Below, piece by piece: positions 25,906 to 35,391 of a stretch of 45,296 nucleotides of DNA. The stretch's first letter is position 1. Each line of letters opens with the position of its first letter. The position numbers were made by a program, and so were the translations under genes. The stretch lies in assembly GCA_040880825.1 (NCBI GenBank), contig JBBEEK010000020.1, forward strand, positions 1 to 45,296, read 5' to 3'. The notes under the pieces were generated by a model. It searched no databases, had not been told where the DNA came from, and worked only from the letters and a program-made list of their open reading frames with translations. Origin of the DNA: Chthoniobacterales bacterium. GTDB lineage: Bacteria; Verrucomicrobiota; Verrucomicrobiia; Chthoniobacterales; JACTMZ01.

Positions 25906-28062
25906 TCACCGCCGCTGGGGTTTCGGTGGTTTTTCTTTTTTCTTGCCGCCTCCGAAGAGGCGTTGGAAGAAATTCGGTTTTTTCTCCACCGTGCCCTCGG
26001 CATCGGCGACCGGACGGACGGTGGGGGGAGCCGCGCCGGCGGGGCTACCTTCGGAGGAGGCCGCGCTTTCGCCCGCCGGTGCGTCGGCCAGTGCGGCGGG
26101 GATGGCGCGACCGAAGTCAACGCTGGAGACAAATTGGAAACTGCCTTGGGCCGGTTCGAGCGAGGCGACTTCGAGGTCTTCGCCTTCCTCGAGCTTGAAG
26201 GTGTCGGCGAGGATCTTGGACGCGATGGGTGCGGCCACGCCGCCGCCGGACTGCGCGCCCTGCACGATGACGGCCACGGCATAGCGAGGGCTGTCATAGG
26301 GAGCAAAGGCAAGGAACCACGTATGGTTGTCCTTGACGCGTCCCCGCCAGAATTGCGCGGTGCCGGTTTTTCCGGCGACCTCGTAGGCCTTGAGGCGGGC
26401 GGTGGCGGCGGTGCCTCCGCCGCGGTTGACCACATCCCACATGCCGCGGCGGACGCGCTCGATCTGTTCGGCGGAGAGTCCCTGGTCGAGGAGGTTGGCG
26501 CGGATTTTCACGGGTTCCTGCCGGGAGTCACTGCCGTCGGCTTCGACGATCTTGTCGACGATACGCGGGTAGTAGCTGGTGCCGCCGTTGGCGACGGTGG
26601 CTGTGAGCATAGCCATCTGCAGAGGGGTAGTGAGAACGTAGCCCTGGCCGATGGAGACGTTGGCGGTCTGGCCGCTGGACCAGCGCTCGCGGGGGTGGTT
26701 GGCCTGCAGCCATTCGGGTCCGGGCAGGATGCCAGAAGCCTCGCCGGAGAGGGGCAGGCCGCCGCGTTGCCCGAGGCCGAGCATGTTGCCGAGGGCGACG
26801 ATCTGGTCGATGCCGGCGGCGTTGCCGTATTGGTAGAAGAAGGCGTTGCAGGAAACGCGGATGGCGGATTCGAGGTCGAGCGTGCCGTGGACCCCGTTTT
26901 TCGAGGCGATCCAGCAGGCCATCATCTTGTTGCCGTATTGCACGCCACCGCTGCAGTTGAAGCGGCGCTGGTCGAGGCCGGCGCGCAATCCGGCCAGGGC
27001 GATGGGGATTTTGTAGGTGGATCCGGGGGCGTAGGCGCTGAGGGCGCGGTTGATGAGCGGGTCGGTGTTGTCGCTGGTCAGTCCCCGCCAATCGGCCGCG
27101 GAAATGGCGGGGATGAAGCTGTTCGGGTCGTAGGAGGGGACGCTGGCCATGGCGAGGATGTCGCCGTTTTGGGGATCGACGACCACGGCGGCGCCGCGTC
27201 CGACGGCGCGCAGGGCTTTTTCGGCGATATATTGGATGCGGGCGTCGATGGTGAGGCGGACGGTGCGGCCTTGGACTGGAGGGTTGAGGCTGACTTCGCC
27301 TTCGATGATGCCGCGGGCGTTGCGTTGCAGGACGCGCGCGCCGGGCGTGCCTTTGAGTTCCTTGTCCAGCACGAGTTCGAGCTGGGCTTTGCCTTCGGTG
27401 TCGGGCTGGTAGAAGTTGAAGCGGGCGGCGTCCTCCTTGTCGATTTCGTTGGGCGCACCGACGTAACCGAGGAAGTGGGCGCCGAGCGATCCATAGACGT
27501 AGCGGCGGACGGGGCGCACGGTGAAGTTGACGCCGGCGACGTCGACGCCTTTTTCAGCGAGGCGGGCCATGGTTTCGAAGTCGAGATCCTCGAGGTAGAG
27601 GTAGGGGACTTCGGTGTTATTGCGGAAGTGGAGGCGGAGTTGGTTGGCGTTGTAGTCGCGGGCCAGGCCGAGTTCGGCGAGGCGGGGCATGACGGTTTCG
27701 TTGATGATCTTGACGATGTCGGGCTCGGATTTTTCGGTGAGCATGCCGCCGACGGTGGTGCGGTAATTGTGGCGCGGCACGTCGCCGTGGCGACTGCGGT
27801 AGCCGCGCACCATGTCGGGAAGGTAGAATTCGATGGCATTGCTGGCGCGGTTCTGCGCGAGGGGCAGACCGTGGCGGTCGGCGATCTCGCCGCGCACGGC
27901 GGGCAGTCGGACGTTGACTTGCGAGTTGTTGCGGATACGCGACGTGTAATCCTCGCCGCGCGAGACCTGCACATACCAGAGGCGGGAAACGAGGAGGGCG
28001 AAAGCCGCGAGGGTCACGGTGGCGAGCACTGCGATACGAAACTGGTGGGAGCGGCGGATCAT
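25906..28062 (-). CDS. mrdA: penicillin-binding protein 2 (elongasome transpeptidase)
   Basis: ATG 28062 (MIRRSHQFRIAVLATV TM anchor). SxxK PGSTYK, SxN SCN, KTG KTGTAQ. 718 aa including a 94-aa low-complexity tail. Confidence 0.92.
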   Translation of the reverse strand: MIRRSHQFRIAVLATVTLAAFALLVSRLWYVQVSRGEDYTSRIRNNSQVNVRLPAVRGEIADRHGLPLAQNRASNAIEFYLPDMVRGYRSRHGDVPRHNYRTTVGGMLTEKSEPDIVKIINETVMPRLAELGLARDYNANQLRLHFRNNTEVPYLYLEDLDFETMARLAEKGVDVAGVNFTVRPVRRYVYGSLGAHFLGYVGAPNEIDKEDAARFNFYQPDTEGKAQLELVLDKELKGTPGARVLQRNARGIIEGEVSLNPPVQGRTVRLTIDARIQYIAEKALRAVGRGAAVVVDPQNGDILAMASVPSYDPNSFIPAISAADWRGLTSDNTDPLINRALSAYAPGSTYKIPIALAGLRAGLDQRRFNCSGGVQYGNKMMACWIASKNGVHGTLDLESAIRVSCNAFFYQYGNAAGIDQIVALGNMLGLGQRGGLPLSGEASGILPGPEWLQANHPRERWSSGQTANVSIGQGYVLTTPLQMAMLTATVANGGTSYYPRIVDKIVEADGSDSRQEPVKIRANLLDQGLSAEQIERVRRGMWDVVNRGGGTAATARLKAYEVAGKTGTAQFWRGRVKDNHTWFLAFAPYDSPRYAVAVIVQGAQSGGGVAAPIASKILADTFKLEEGEDLEVASLEPAQGSFQFVSSVDFGRAIPAALADAPAGESAASSEGSPAGAAPPTVRPVADAEGTVEKKPNFFQRLFGGGKKKEKPPKPQRR

Positions 28063-28589
28063 GGTCTTAGCCGTCGGTTCCGCACCGGCCCGCCGGGCAG
28101 GAGTTGGAAAAGGAAATAGAAGGCCGGCGCGAGGAAAAGCGCCGCGATGGACGGCCCGAGGATGTGCCAGGCGACGGTGCCGTCGAAGTACAACGATTCG
28201 CGCCGGAGGCAAACCATGGCGTATTGCCCGAGGAGCAGAAGGAGGGTGACCGCGGCGGAGGCGAGACAATGGACTTCCCAGCGTCCCGCACCAAAAATCT
28301 GGCGCAACGGCTGAAGGAGAACCCCGACAAAAACATAAAAGAGCATAGACCAACCGAGGCCTATTTCAACCCGGTCGCCGATGATGTGGAGGTTGAGCAG
28401 GTCGGCCAGCAGGCCGGTCCAGAGGGCCAGCCCCAGCATGGCGGGGAAGGGCAACCAGAGTGCGCCGTAGCAAAAAATGGCGGGCACGAGCAGCAAGCGC
28501 GCGTTGGCGAAGAACGGCAAGGCGGGCAGGAATTCCTGCGCGATGAGCGCGAGGTAAACCGCGGCGAAGAGAACCAAGGCCCGGATCAT
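28059..28589 (-). CDS. mreD: rod shape-determining protein MreD
   Basis: 176-aa polytopic membrane protein between mreC and mrdA. ATGA overlaps at both ends (28586-28589 and 28059-28062). Confidence 0.8.
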   Translation of the reverse strand: MIRALVLFAAVYLALIAQEFLPALPFFANARLLLVPAIFCYGALWLPFPAMLGLALWTGLLADLLNLHIIGDRVEIGLGWSMLFYVFVGVLLQPLRQIFGAGRWEVHCLASAAVTLLLLLGQYAMVCLRRESLYFDGTVAWHILGPSIAALFLAPAFYFLFQLLPGGPVRNRRLRP

Positions 28590-29392
28590 TGGCTGCCCAG
28601 GACGACGAAGACGTCCTCCAGTCGGGAGAAATCCGCCGCGGGTTCGACAATGGCCTGGCCGTCGAGTTCACGGGTCCGGAATTCCTTGATAACGCCCAGC
28701 AGGATGCCCGGGGGGAAGACGCCACCGCTGACTCCGGCGGTGAAGACCTTCATGCCGGGTTCGAGTTTGGCATCGCGGCTGAGGAAATTGAGGACGAGTT
28801 CGGGGCTGGTTCGGCCGTCGACGCGGCGTCCGCTCAGGATGCCCTGCTCGTCGGTGCCTTCGACGCGGGCGGCGACGCGGCAGTTTTCGTCGGTCAGGAG
28901 CAGGACGATGGAAATGTCTTTGGCCACGGTGGTGGTGCGGCCCACGAGTCCGCCACCGGTCAGGACGGGCTGGGCGGAGTCGACTTTGTTGGCGAAGCCG
29001 CGGTTGATCTTCACGGTGCTCCACCAGCTATCGGCATCGCGACTGACAATCTGCGCGGGGAGGAGGCGGAATTCGGCCCGTTCGCGGTATTCGAGGGCGG
29101 AGCGGAGGCGTTTGTTTTCCGTGGCCAGTTCGGCGAGCAATTGCTGGGCGGCGCGCAATTCGTTGTTCTGCGCGATGATTGCGGCGTTTTCCGCCTCGAG
29201 TTCGTCGAGCGTTTTGAGGCCCTTGTTGAGTTTCGAAAGCCGTCCGCTGATGGCCGAGCCGGCCTGCAGGGCGGGAGTGGAAACATCGAGGAACCGTCCT
29301 TGCAACGATTCCATCCGGCTGGTTGAGAAGCTGAGGAAGACGAGCCCGACCAGGACCGCCACGGCGAGGAGGATGAGGTTGCGTTTGTTCAT
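28586..29392 (-). CDS. mreC: rod shape-determining protein MreC
   Basis: N-terminal TM anchor, coiled-coil segment (LDELEAENAAIIAQNNELRAAQQLLAEL), then a beta-rich periplasmic domain. Synteny with mreB/mreD. Confidence 0.88.
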   Translation of the reverse strand: MNKRNLILLAVAVLVGLVFLSFSTSRMESLQGRFLDVSTPALQAGSAISGRLSKLNKGLKTLDELEAENAAIIAQNNELRAAQQLLAELATENKRLRSALEYRERAEFRLLPAQIVSRDADSWWSTVKINRGFANKVDSAQPVLTGGGLVGRTTTVAKDISIVLLLTDENCRVAARVEGTDEQGILSGRRVDGRTSPELVLNFLSRDAKLEPGMKVFTAGVSGGVFPPGILLGVIKEFRTRELDGQAIVEPAADFSRLEDVFVVLGSQ

Positions 29393-29436
29393 CGGGTCGG
29401 GGCCATTTGTCCGGCGGGACCTGCGGTCGGCCTGAC

Positions 29437-30489
29437 TCAGGCCGCGTTGACGTAGGTGCGACCCAGGCTATTTTGGGCGATGCTGCGGAGAACCTCGATC
29501 TCGCTCAGCACGCGCCCGGTCCCCTCGGCGACCGCGCTGAGCGGGTCGTCGGCGATGTGGACCGGCAGGCCTGTTTCGTCGCGCAACAATTGGTCGAGAC
29601 CGCGCAGGAGGGCGCCGCCGCCGGCCAGCACCATGCCGCGATCGACGAGATCGGAGGCCAGTTCGGGCGGGCAGCGTTCGAGGGTGGTGCGGACGGCGTC
29701 GACGATGCTGTTGAGCGGTTCGGTCAGCGCCTCGCGCACTTCTTGCGAGGTCAGGGTGATGGTTTTGGGGAGCCCGGCCACGAGGTCGCGACCTTTGACT
29801 TCCATAGAAAGTTCCTTGGGCAGCTTGATGGCGGAGCCGAGTTTGATTTTGATGTCTTCGGCGGTGCGTTCGCCGATGGCCACGTTGAAGTTACGTTTGA
29901 GATATTGGACGATGGCCTCGTCGAGTTCGTCGCCGGCCACGCGCACGCTGCGGCTAAAGACGATACCGGCCAGCGAAATGAGCGCGACTTCCGTCGTGCC
30001 GCCGCCGATGTCGATGATCATGTTGCCGGCAGCTTCCTGGATGGGCAGGCCGACGCCGATGGCCGCGGCCATGGGTTCCTCGATGAGGTAGACCTCGCGG
30101 GCACCGGCGTGGGTGGCGGAATCTTTGACCGCGCGCTTTTCCACTTCGGTGATGCCGGAGGGCACGGCGATGACGACACGGGGACGCACCATGCGTCGCC
30201 CGCCGTGGGCTTTGCTGATGAGGTGAGCGAGCATGGCCTCGGTGATTTCGAAGTCGGCGATGACGCCGTCTTTGAGCGGGCGGATGGCCACGATATTGCC
30301 GGGCGTGCGACCGAGCATACGTTTGGCTTCGTTGCCGACGGCGAGGACTTTGTTGGTCCCCGCTTGCACGGCGACCACGGATGGTTCGCGGAGAACAATG
30401 CCTTGGTCGCGAACGTAGACGAGAGTGTTGGCCGTCCCCAGGTCAATGCCGATGTCGCTGGAGAAGAGGCCGAAGAATTTTCTGAACAT
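29437..30489 (-). CDS. mreB: rod shape-determining actin homologue MreB
   Basis: ATG 30489 gives [25 protein letters not shown]. Phosphate-2 motif [10 protein letters not shown]. 350 aa. Confidence 0.95.
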   Translation of the reverse strand: MFRKFFGLFSSDIGIDLGTANTLVYVRDQGIVLREPSVVAVQAGTNKVLAVGNEAKRMLGRTPGNIVAIRPLKDGVIADFEITEAMLAHLISKAHGGRRMVRPRVVIAVPSGITEVEKRAVKDSATHAGAREVYLIEEPMAAAIGVGLPIQEAAGNMIIDIGGGTTEVALISLAGIVFSRSVRVAGDELDEAIVQYLKRNFNVAIGERTAEDIKIKLGSAIKLPKELSMEVKGRDLVAGLPKTITLTSQEVREALTEPLNSIVDAVRTTLERCPPELASDLVDRGMVLAGGGALLRGLDQLLRDETGLPVHIADDPLSAVAEGTGRVLSEIEVLRSIAQNSLGRTYVNAA

Positions 30490-30558
30490 GGATGGTTGTC
30501 GGGCTCGGATTCTACGGTGTTGCGTCTGAAGACTTTTCCGTGCCGAGGCGAAGGCTTG

Positions 30559-30588
30559 ATCAAACCTGTGGGGTAGCTCTCTGGTCAA
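30559..30588 (-). promoter_or_regulatory. candidate sigma70-type promoter for mreB
   Basis: On the minus strand: TTGACC (30588-30583), an 18-nt spacer, TTTGAT (30564-30559). Preceded by an AT-rich stretch that could act as an UP element. Hexamer matches are imperfect. Confidence 0.25.
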
Positions 30589-30657
30589 GAATAATGGGGG
30601 GACGAACAGAGGTAATAAAATGTTAATAACAAACACTCCCAACAGCTTATTCGCAGT

Positions 30658-32025
30658 TCACGGCTCGGACGGTGCGGGTTGGGGCGATCCGAGCAGGTCT
30701 CCCAGCAGTGTGGTGAAGGCTGGTCCGATGGTGACAGTTTCGCCGGAATCTTCCACCCGGGCGTAAATATTTCCGTCCGGAGCGGCCTGGCCAAAATCGG
30801 CGCCGGCGATGAGGTGTCCGCCGGCAGGTTCCTCGGCAGTGTTTTCGGAGAGCCACGCGTAGAACCGGAGACGAAAGGAGGGGCGGTCGAGTCCGGTCTC
30901 CTCGGTGCCGGCCGAAGGCACGAAGGAAGTGATGCGCTCGGCGTTGAAGGTGTCGATGAGTCGGCTGATGCGGGCGGTTTCGACCGGGAGATTCTCGTCG
31001 CCCGTGATCCAACCAGCGTCTTGCCGGCGGACGACGGCCTCGCGACCGTCTGTTTCGATGACGATCCGGTCGATGGTGTCGGGATCGACGTAGCCGAGGG
31101 AGTGGTCGCGCAGTGCTTCGGGCGAAATGTCGAAGAGGAGGGCCGCCCCTTCCGCATCAACGCCGAAGCTGCCGTCGCGCGGAGTGTGGCGTGCGGTGAA
31201 ACTTCCGTCGCCGGTGTCGCGCCGCATTTCGATGATGATCTCTTCGCCGCCGCCGCGGGGAGTGAGGGCGAGGCGCGCCGCTTGTCCCGGCAGGGTTTCG
31301 GAGGTCGCGGGAGTTGCGGGCACAAACGAAGTGACCCGCAGACCGAGCAGGCGCGCGAGAAAATCCTGCACGGCCCGCGGGTCGGCCGGGGCCCGCACGG
31401 GTTTTTCCACGATCCAGCGTCCGCGCTCGAGGCGCACGGTCATCTCACCATCGGCGCGGCGGACGGTGAATTTCTCGATGCCCTCCGGCAACAGATCGGT
31501 CAGTCGTGCGTCCCGGTAGACGTCCGTCGGAGCGGTGGCAGATTCGAGGATGGAATCGGCGACGCGCAGCACGTAAGGCCGGCCGGCCACGCGTGCGAAG
31601 ATCTCCTCGGGGAGGGACGTCGGACCGCCGAGGTCGAGGCGGTAGTCACGGGTCCCGCGCAGGTCGAGGCGGGCCCGCGGCGCGGCCAGACCGCTTTCCG
31701 GCATGGAGGATGGGTCGCGGATTTTCTCCCGATCGCGGACGTCGAGAAACCGCGCGGCGAGCAGCAACCGGTCGACAGCTTGGGGATCGGCGCGGTCCGC
31801 GACGGGTGCGGTCATGCGCCAGCCGCCGTTGTCGCGGCGCAGGCTGACGATTTCATTGCCGCGGGTCAGATCGATCTCGTCGATCTCCGCGGGGTCGAAA
31901 GCAAGCGCGTAACGTTTCTCCGCGGCCGCCTCGCGGCTCGGGGACATCGCCTGGCGCACATAAACGAGGGCGCCGAGCACCAGCACGGTGACGATGAACA
32001 AGGCGATGGTGGCGCGGGGATTCAC
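30658..32025 (-). CDS. DUF4340 domain protein (accessory to GldG-type ABC system)
   Basis: 455 aa with an N-terminal TM anchor and repeated beta-rich modules. Fourth gene after ABC ATPase/permease/GldG, the usual DUF4340 context. Confidence 0.65.
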   Translation of the reverse strand: MNPRATIALFIVTVLVLGALVYVRQAMSPSREAAAEKRYALAFDPAEIDEIDLTRGNEIVSLRRDNGGWRMTAPVADRADPQAVDRLLLAARFLDVRDREKIRDPSSMPESGLAAPRARLDLRGTRDYRLDLGGPTSLPEEIFARVAGRPYVLRVADSILESATAPTDVYRDARLTDLLPEGIEKFTVRRADGEMTVRLERGRWIVEKPVRAPADPRAVQDFLARLLGLRVTSFVPATPATSETLPGQAARLALTPRGGGEEIIIEMRRDTGDGSFTARHTPRDGSFGVDAEGAALLFDISPEALRDHSLGYVDPDTIDRIVIETDGREAVVRRQDAGWITGDENLPVETARISRLIDTFNAERITSFVPSAGTEETGLDRPSFRLRFYAWLSENTAEEPAGGHLIAGADFGQAAPDGNIYARVEDSGETVTIGPAFTTLLGDLLGSPQPAPSEP

Positions 32026-32028
32026 GGA

Positions 32029-33507
32029 TCAACGGCGGCGTCGCCACCAGACGACGAGTCCGGCCAGCGCGGCCACGGCGGGAATGGCCACCATGGTGTA
32101 GAGGGCGAGGCGGCTGGTCTCGAGATCGGTGAGGTTGAGGCTGAAGGCGCGCACCGCTTTGGGCGTGGCACGCGAGAGGTGCACGCGGTCGAGCATCCAG
32201 TTGAGCGAGGCGAGGACAAAATCGAGGTTCGGCTCGGTGATCGATCCGTCGGCCACGAATTCGCTGTTGCCTGTGACGACCAAGCGCGCGGAATCAACCC
32301 CGACGTTTTCGCCCGCCACGCCGCCGCGCTCGGCCAGGGCCGCGAGGACGAGCGGGGCCGCGGTGTCCTCGCCTTCGGAGAAAGCCACACCTTTTTCCCC
32401 GTCGGTCACGTATTCGCTTTCACCCCAGAACGGTTCCTCGGCGGTGATGAGGGGGGCCACGGCGGTGTCTGGTCCGGCCGGGTCGAGTTGCAGCGAGCAG
32501 GTGCCGCCGGGGAACATGGCCTCCGCGCCGTGCAACCGCCGGGTCACGCGGTTCTCCGGATCGAAGCGTCCGGCGACGTCACGCAGGATGCCGGTGGCAA
32601 AGCCGAGTTGCACGGTGCGCAGCACGCGGTCATCGCGCGGCGCAAGGCCGTTCTCCGCAAGGAAGGCGCGCAGCAATGGCGTGGTCGCCTGCGGATCGAG
32701 CAGCACCATGATCCTTCCGTTCTTTTCCCAATACCCGCGCAGGGCTTCGAGTGCCGCGGGGGTCAGGTCGTAACGCGGGCCGGCGATGAGAACCGCGCCG
32801 GCGTCGGCCGGGACTTGGCCGGTGAGGGAAAGGTTGAGCGGTGCCACGCGCACGCCCTGCCGCGCGACGTATTCCTGCAGCAGTGAGAGACTCGAGCCCT
32901 CGCCGACAGCAGGTTCGCCGTGCCCTTGGAGGAAATAGACGGCGCGCTGCTCCGGTTCGCCGAGTTCCAGCAGGGCGCTGGTCAGGAGTTGTTCGCCTTT
33001 GAAGGCTATGACCCGCGGCGGGTCGCCGCTGATCTGTGGCAGGTAGTCGTATTCGGCCATGTCGACCGCCGTGATTTGTTTGGCGCGGCCCTGCGTTTCG
33101 ATGATGACGAGATTTTCCTCCGGTCCGAACTGGTAGAGTGACTGGAGTTCGCGCGCGCGAGCCAGATTCCGCATGGGATCGACGTATTCGACGGTGATGC
33201 GGCTGCGTTCGATGTTCTGGTATTCTTTGAGGAGATTGATGACGTCGCTGTAAACCTCGTAGCCGGGCGCGGCGGCCGTCGGCGAAAAGAAGACGTAGAC
33301 ATTGACCGGTGCCGGCAGATTGCGGATGAGATTTTTGGTCTGTTCGGTCAGGCGGTATTTTTGGTCCGGCGACCAATCACCGCGCAGGTAGTAGAGGAAG
33401 CCGGCATAATTGACGGCCCCCAGCAGGATGACGGCGAGCAAGATTTGGACGGCCACGCCCAGGCGGATGCCGGCGCGGCGGCGCGATGATTCCTGCGGGG
33501 TCTTCAT
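32029..33507 (-). CDS. GldG-like ABC transporter auxiliary component
   Basis: 492 aa with N- and C-terminal TM helices flanking a large periplasmic domain. Sequence and context resemble the ABC-type uncharacterized transport system (GldG family). Confidence 0.78.
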   Translation of the reverse strand: MKTPQESSRRRAGIRLGVAVQILLAVILLGAVNYAGFLYYLRGDWSPDQKYRLTEQTKNLIRNLPAPVNVYVFFSPTAAAPGYEVYSDVINLLKEYQNIERSRITVEYVDPMRNLARARELQSLYQFGPEENLVIIETQGRAKQITAVDMAEYDYLPQISGDPPRVIAFKGEQLLTSALLELGEPEQRAVYFLQGHGEPAVGEGSSLSLLQEYVARQGVRVAPLNLSLTGQVPADAGAVLIAGPRYDLTPAALEALRGYWEKNGRIMVLLDPQATTPLLRAFLAENGLAPRDDRVLRTVQLGFATGILRDVAGRFDPENRVTRRLHGAEAMFPGGTCSLQLDPAGPDTAVAPLITAEEPFWGESEYVTDGEKGVAFSEGEDTAAPLVLAALAERGGVAGENVGVDSARLVVTGNSEFVADGSITEPNLDFVLASLNWMLDRVHLSRATPKAVRAFSLNLTDLETSRLALYTMVAIPAVAALAGLVVWWRRRR

Positions 33508-33513
33508 GGCGGT

Positions 33514-34269
33514 TCAGCTTCTCCAGCGGCGCGACTGGAAGACGTGGAAGGTGAGGAAGAGGGTGAAGAAAGTCAGCGAGAGATAAAAGACCACCGGCCG
33601 CGAATCGAAAAACCCGCGCGACGCCTCGCTCATGTGCTCCAAAGCGGAGAAATATGCCGTCAACTCCCGCAGCGCCGGCGTGACGCTGAGGACAAAAAAG
33701 CTCAAGAGCCCGGTGAAGAAGAGCAGGGTGATGACGCTGAAAGACATGACGGCGGCGACGATCTGATTGCGCGTCATAGCCGAGGCGAGGCAGCCGATGG
33801 CGAGGTAGAACATGCCGATGAGCAGGAGCATGACATAGGCGCCGATGTAAGGTCCGGCCGCGCTGGCCGCCTCCACTTTGGTCACCTGCTGGAAAACGGC
33901 GAAGTAAAGCAGGCTGGGCAACCAGAGAACCACGAAGAAGAAAACAGCCGCGAGGTATTTGGCCAGCACGACCTGACTGTCGCGCACCGGCGCGGTCATG
34001 AGTGGTTCGATCGTCCCCATTTTGTATTCCTCGGCGAAGAGCCGCATGGTGATGAGCGGCAGGACGAGGATGAAGCCGAACCAGAAAAAGACGGTGTTGA
34101 AAAACGCCTCAACCACGGTGACTTCGCTCGGCCCGCGGTTGAGCGCGGCCACGCCGGCGTAGAAGTTGAAACCGGTCAGCAGCAGGAAGAAAAACAGCAC
34201 GATCCACGCCACGGGGGAGAGGAAATAAGCGCGGATCTCGCGGTTGAGCAGGGTGAAAAAGGTGAGCAT
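33514..34269 (-). CDS. ABC-2 type transporter permease (GldF-like)
   Basis: Six hydrophobic segments. ATG 34269 (MLTFFTLLNREIRAYF) lies 4 nt after the ATPase stop. Track start 34305 would overlap the ATPase gene. Confidence 0.8.
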   Translation of the reverse strand: MLTFFTLLNREIRAYFLSPVAWIVLFFFLLLTGFNFYAGVAALNRGPSEVTVVEAFFNTVFFWFGFILVLPLITMRLFAEEYKMGTIEPLMTAPVRDSQVVLAKYLAAVFFFVVLWLPSLLYFAVFQQVTKVEAASAAGPYIGAYVMLLLIGMFYLAIGCLASAMTRNQIVAAVMSFSVITLLFFTGLLSFFVLSVTPALRELTAYFSALEHMSEASRGFFDSRPVVFYLSLTFFTLFLTFHVFQSRRWRS

Positions 34270-34273
34270 AGGG

Positions 34274-35212
34274 TCAGATTTCCCCGGCTTGGGTGATTTC
34301 GGCAAAAACCCGTTCGAGGCTCACTTGCTCCTGCCCGAGTTCGCGCAAAGGCCAGCGGCGGCCGGCGGTCAGCCCGGCAATAGCGGCGCGCGGATCGTGG
34401 CCCGCGTCGGTGCGCAGCAGGCAACCCTGCCAGCCGTCCTCCAACGGGGTGACTTCGACTTTGCGCACGCCGGGCAGCGAAGAGAGCGCGGCCTGCAAAT
34501 CGGCGGCGTCCGCGCGGATCTCGGCGCGGATGCCGCCCGCCGTGCGCACGCGTCCGGCGAGGGCCTCGGGCGTATCGGAGGCGGCGATGCGTCCCTTGTT
34601 GATGATGAGCACGCGCGTGCAGGTCATTTCCACCTCGGTGAGGATGTGCGTCGAAAGCAGGATGGTGTGGCGTTTGCCGAGATCTTTGATGAGTTGGCGC
34701 ACCTGCCGGATCTGGTTGGGGTCGAGACCGATGGTCGGTTCGTCGAGAATGAGCAGATCCGGATCGTGCAGCAGGGCGTCGGCCAAACCGACGCGCTGGC
34801 GGTAGCCCTTGGACAAAGCGCCGATCAACTTTTGTTCCACGTCGCGCAGGTTGCAGAGTTCTTTCACTGCATTGACGCGTTGGCGGTTACGGCGGCCGCG
34901 CACGCCCTTGAGCGCCGCGCGGTATTCGAGGTATTCCTGCACGCGCATTTCCGGGTAGAGCGCGACGTTTTCCGGCATGTAACCGACGCGCGAGCGCACC
35001 TCGCGCGACTGGCTGGCCACGTCGAACCCCGCCACGCTGGCTCGTCCGCTGGTGGCCGGCAGGAAGCACGAGAGGATGCGCATCGTCGTGCTCTTGCCCG
35101 CACCGTTCGGGCCGAGGAAACCGACAATCTCGCCTTTTTGGACCTCGAAATTCAGGTCCTGCACGGCCGTGATGCCGGCGTATTTTTTAGTCAGTCCTTC
35201 AACCTTGATCAT
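34274..35212 (-). CDS. ABC transporter ATP-binding protein (GldA-like)
   Basis: Walker A GPNGAGKST, signature LSKGYRQRV, Walker B LLILDEPT. 312 aa. Confidence 0.92.
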   Translation of the reverse strand: MIKVEGLTKKYAGITAVQDLNFEVQKGEIVGFLGPNGAGKSTTMRILSCFLPATSGRASVAGFDVASQSREVRSRVGYMPENVALYPEMRVQEYLEYRAALKGVRGRRNRQRVNAVKELCNLRDVEQKLIGALSKGYRQRVGLADALLHDPDLLILDEPTIGLDPNQIRQVRQLIKDLGKRHTILLSTHILTEVEMTCTRVLIINKGRIAASDTPEALAGRVRTAGGIRAEIRADAADLQAALSSLPGVRKVEVTPLEDGWQGCLLRTDAGHDPRAAIAGLTAGRRWPLRELGQEQVSLERVFAEITQAGEI

Positions 35213-35391
35213 GGCATGGGGCCCGCCGCCACCTGCTATCTGGCCGGGCCGAAATGCTATTTATGCCCCGCCCGGAGGGTGCTGGCAAGCAAGGGCGGCG
35301 GGGTGCGCGCAACAGAAAAAAGCCTCCGCCGGATGCCGCTCTTTGTTGCAACCGGGCGCGCTTCGGGTGATCCTTGCTTCTTGTCACAGCC

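Noticed and set aside
24294-28119. Very long plus-strand ORFs (24294-26198, 634 aa; 25903-28119, 738 aa) opposite rng and mrdA. Similar cases are 30679-32886 (+), 12753-14447 (-), 17831-19654 (-), 15973-17316 (-), 9816-10997 (-) and 10846-12165 (-).
   Set aside because: Their translations are dominated by Gly/Ala/Arg/Asp or Arg/Pro runs with no recognisable motifs. The opposite strand encodes proteins with textbook motifs. Long antisense shadow ORFs are expected in high-GC DNA because stop codons are rare.
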